NCBI GenBank assembly: GCA_965112735.1
Contig: OZ218962.1
Span: 62,001 to 126,000, forward strand
Direction: 5' to 3'
Source: Phaeosaccion multiseriatum
Lineage: Eukaryota; Protista; Ochrophyta, other classes
DNA length: 64,000 bases
The notes beneath the pieces were generated by a model. It worked only from the letters and a program-made list of their open reading frames with translations, was not told where the DNA came from and did no database searches. A program made the position numbers and the translations under genes. Below are positions 61,501 through 64,000 of this stretch, one piece after another; the first letter of the stretch is position 1, and every line of letters starts with the position of its first letter.

Positions 61501-62806
61501 GAAGGAGGAGGAGGAGGAGGAGGAGGAGGAGGCGGAGAAGGAGGAGCAGGAGGAGGAGGAGGAGGACGAGGAGGAGGAGGAGGAGGAGGAGGAGGAGGAC
61601 GAGGAGGAGGAGGAGGAGGAGGAGGAGGAGGAGGGGGAGGAGGAGAAGGAGGAGAAAGTAGAAGAAGAGGAGGTGGAGGAGGAGGAGAAGGAGGGGGAGG
61701 AGAAGGAGGGGGAGCAGTAGGAGGAGGAAGGCGGGGGGAGTTGCAGCTTCCGCCCTTCTTGAGTCGCGTCTCTCACCACTCACCTTGCAGGATTCGCATT
61801 TCTTGCATGGGTCGTCCTCCGAAGCTTCGGCTTCATCAATGCAATCGCAGTTGTCGTCACACTGCCAGGGTCAGCGATCGACAGCGAGGGGACGTGGTCA
61901 CAGATGTCCGAATAACAAGCCATCAACTCAGGACGGAGGATGAGGAGAAGGAGGGGGAGGAGGAGGAGGAGGAGGAGAGGAGGGAGAGGAGAAGGAGGAG
62001 GAGGAGGAGGAGGAGGAGGAGCAGGACGAGGAGGAGGAGAACGAGGAGGAAGGGGGGGGAGAGTTGCAGCTACCGCCCTTCTTGAGTCGCCTCTCCCCCC
62101 ACTCACCTTGCAGGATTCGCATTTCTTGCATGGGTCGTCCTCCGAAGCTTCGTCTTCATCAATGCAATCGCAGTTGTCGTCACACTGCCAGGGTCAGCGA
62201 TCGACAGGGAGGGGACGTGGTCACAGATGTCCGATTAGCAAGCCATATACTCAAGACGGAGGAGGAGGAGGAGGAGGAGGTGGTGGAGGAGGAGGAGGAG
62301 GAGAAGGAGGAGGAGAAGGAGGAGGAGGAGGAGGAGGAGGAGGAGGAGGAGGAGGAGGAGGATGAGGAGGAGAAGGAGCAGGACGAGGAGGAGCAGGACG
62401 AGGAGGAGGAGATGGAGGAGGGGGGGGGAGTTGCAGCTTCCGCCCTTCTTGAGTTGCCTCTCTCACCACTCACCTTGCAGGATTCGCATTTCTTGCATGG
62501 GTCGTCCTCCGAAGCTTCGGCTTCATCAATGCAATCGCAGTTGTCGTCACACTGCCAGGGTCAGCGATCGACAGCGAGGGGACGTGTGGTCACAGACACC
62601 CGATTAACAAGCCATCAACTCAGGAGCAGCAAGGAGGAGGAGGAGGAGGAGCTGCAGCAGCAGCAGCAGCAGTAGCAGCAGCAGCAGCAGGGTGAGGAGG
62701 AGGAGGTGCAGCAGCACCAGCACCAGCACCAGCAGCAGGGGGAGGAGGAGGAGGTGCAGCAGCACCAGCACCACCAGCAGCAGCAGCAGGGGGAGGAGGA
62801 GGAGGA

Positions 62807-62849
<43 letters not shown>

Positions 62850-64000
62850 GAGGAGGAGGGGGTGGCCTGATCCCCACCCCTGGAAAAAGCGTGGCGCGTG
62901 TTGGTGCGGGCGGGCCTTTCTTCACTAACCCCCCTCCGGCCAATCCAATGCCAATCCTAACCCTAAGCTCCCTCACCTTACAGGAATTACATTGGTCGCA
63001 CTTGTCTGCAGCACGTGATGAGAGAAGGCAGGGATAGAGAGGCAAGGGCAGGGAGGGAAGAAGTGAAGACAGGAGCACGAAGAAGGCGTGTGGCTGTGAG
63101 AGGCGAGCTGACCTCGCTGCCTCGGTGGCTGAGCAAAAGGGGGGCGGCTGAGACGGGCAAGAAAGAAAAGCACCTTCAGCAACACACTTCCCCGCCCCCC
63201 CCCCTCGTTTCGCAGGCGTGCTTACCTCCTAACTGTAACGTTCGGCCCTGCCCATCAAGTGCTCTGCCACGCACACGTGTCCCTTGCCCGAAAGACGGCT
63301 GAATGGTCCTGCGGTTCTGAGTGCCGTCTAAATCAAGCCAATGCTGTATGTCGTGGCGCCGATTGTTGTCGAATGCAAACCCCCCCGTGGAGATAGGCTT
63401 CATGTAAAGCTCGTCGGTGGTCCATGTTCCGTCTTCAACAAGGTTTGCCGTGTGGCGGATGCAGTGGCCCTGTAGCGGGAGGTGCATCAACGTCTGGTGA
63501 TAGCGGTGCTCGTTCCCTGAACCGATTGAGGAGGACAAGTATAGAGAGGAGCGAGGGGGCAAAGTGGGTTAGAGCAATGTTGCCATCGCCATCGAGGAGA
63601 CTTGTAACTTGAAAGAGTTCACCTGGATTGATGGTCACAAAGCCATTTTTCCCGTACGCATCCACTGACAATGTTGGCCCCACCACAGAGGAGAAATATT
63701 CGGCAAACTGATTATCTTTCGTCACTGCTGGTCCGAGATAACCGCCGATGCTCTCCAGAGCCTCGAGCACAACTTGTTTTGCAGGCAAACGCATGGACCA
63801 AATAGTGTCCTGCACGAGTGCAAGAGAGACTCCATCACAACTCAGAGCCCCAGCGAGGGAACCCACGGGAGCGATGGTGGTGCTGACGTCGTGCAAAACC
63901 TCGGGAAACTCGTCGATGGCGCCGAGTTTGCATTGCCAAACGTCGGGCGTATCGTTGAGGATGCTGTGGTTGAAGGGGGGGGGGGAGGAGAGCGACAAGC
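53351..64000 (-). CDS. Large Cys/Asp/Glu-rich tandem-repeat protein built from repeated 78-nt exons; 5' end lies beyond the window
   Basis: In-frame GT-AG chain: 63963-63623, 63516-63226, 63005-62977 (DKCDQCNSCK), 19 x 78-nt exons (CDDNCDCIDEAEASEDDPCKKCESCK), 55025-54960, 54418-54272, 54015-53765 and 53534-53351 (stop). Intron phases are compatible throughout. Confidence 0.8.
55208..62551 (-). repeat. Tandem array of 19 exon-intron units (~300-490 bp) with constant cores and variable (GAG)n spacers
   Basis: Exon starts on + coordinates, each 78 bp: 55208, 55616, 56099, 56416, 56886, 57350, 57648, 57984, 58390, 58803, 59288, 59682, 60027, 60466, 60884, 61321, 61784, 62107, 62474. Confidence 0.95.

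Noticed and set aside
55208-62551. CRISPR-like repeat-spacer appearance
   Set aside because: The constant part is ~190 bp and contains a spliceable exon, the spacers are GAG microsatellites rather than unique sequence, there are no cas genes, and the context is eukaryotic.
55140-62928. ORF-track calls such as MQDSHFLHGSSSEAS... with poly-E/G/R/S/L
   Set aside because: They are antisense or off-frame readings of the exon array and microsatellites; the frame changes randomly with spacer length.
63435-63998. Apparent frameshift between ORFs 63435-63998 and 63176-63562
   Set aside because: Explained by a canonical phase-1 intron at 63622-63517.

Overview
Eukaryotic, GC-rich, intron-dense genomic DNA. 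It is most consistent with a flagellated ochrophyte/stramenopile alga (inferred from short GT-AG introns full of microsatellites, an ASAFAP-like plastid presequence, and ciliary genes). The supplied ORF track misses most genes because they are spliced. About 14 protein-coding genes were reconstructed by hand: STIL_N-like, Lon-N/DegP protease fusion, Patched/SSD family, PRCP (S28), dynein LC8, ARL6/BBS3, threonine dehydratase, M43 metalloprotease with P-domain, zinc-finger/ankyrin protein, PTEN-like, strictosidine synthase-like/APMAP, SWIM+ubiquitin-like, a 7-repeat beta-propeller membrane protein, and a giant Cys-rich repeat protein. Ten of them form five head-to-head pairs. Mobile DNA includes a 995-bp non-autonomous hAT element (22-bp TIRs, 8-bp TSD) inserted in a gene's 3' end, a piggyBac-like MITE and a second MITE-like element. 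The most striking feature is at 55.2-62.6 kb: a tandem array of 19 near-identical 78-nt phase 0-0 exons on the minus strand. Each sits in a unit with conserved intron flanks and a hypervariable (GAG)n spacer. Together with diverged flanking exons they encode about 23 metallothionein-like Cys6 clusters (CxxCxxCxCxxxCxC) separated by acidic linkers.
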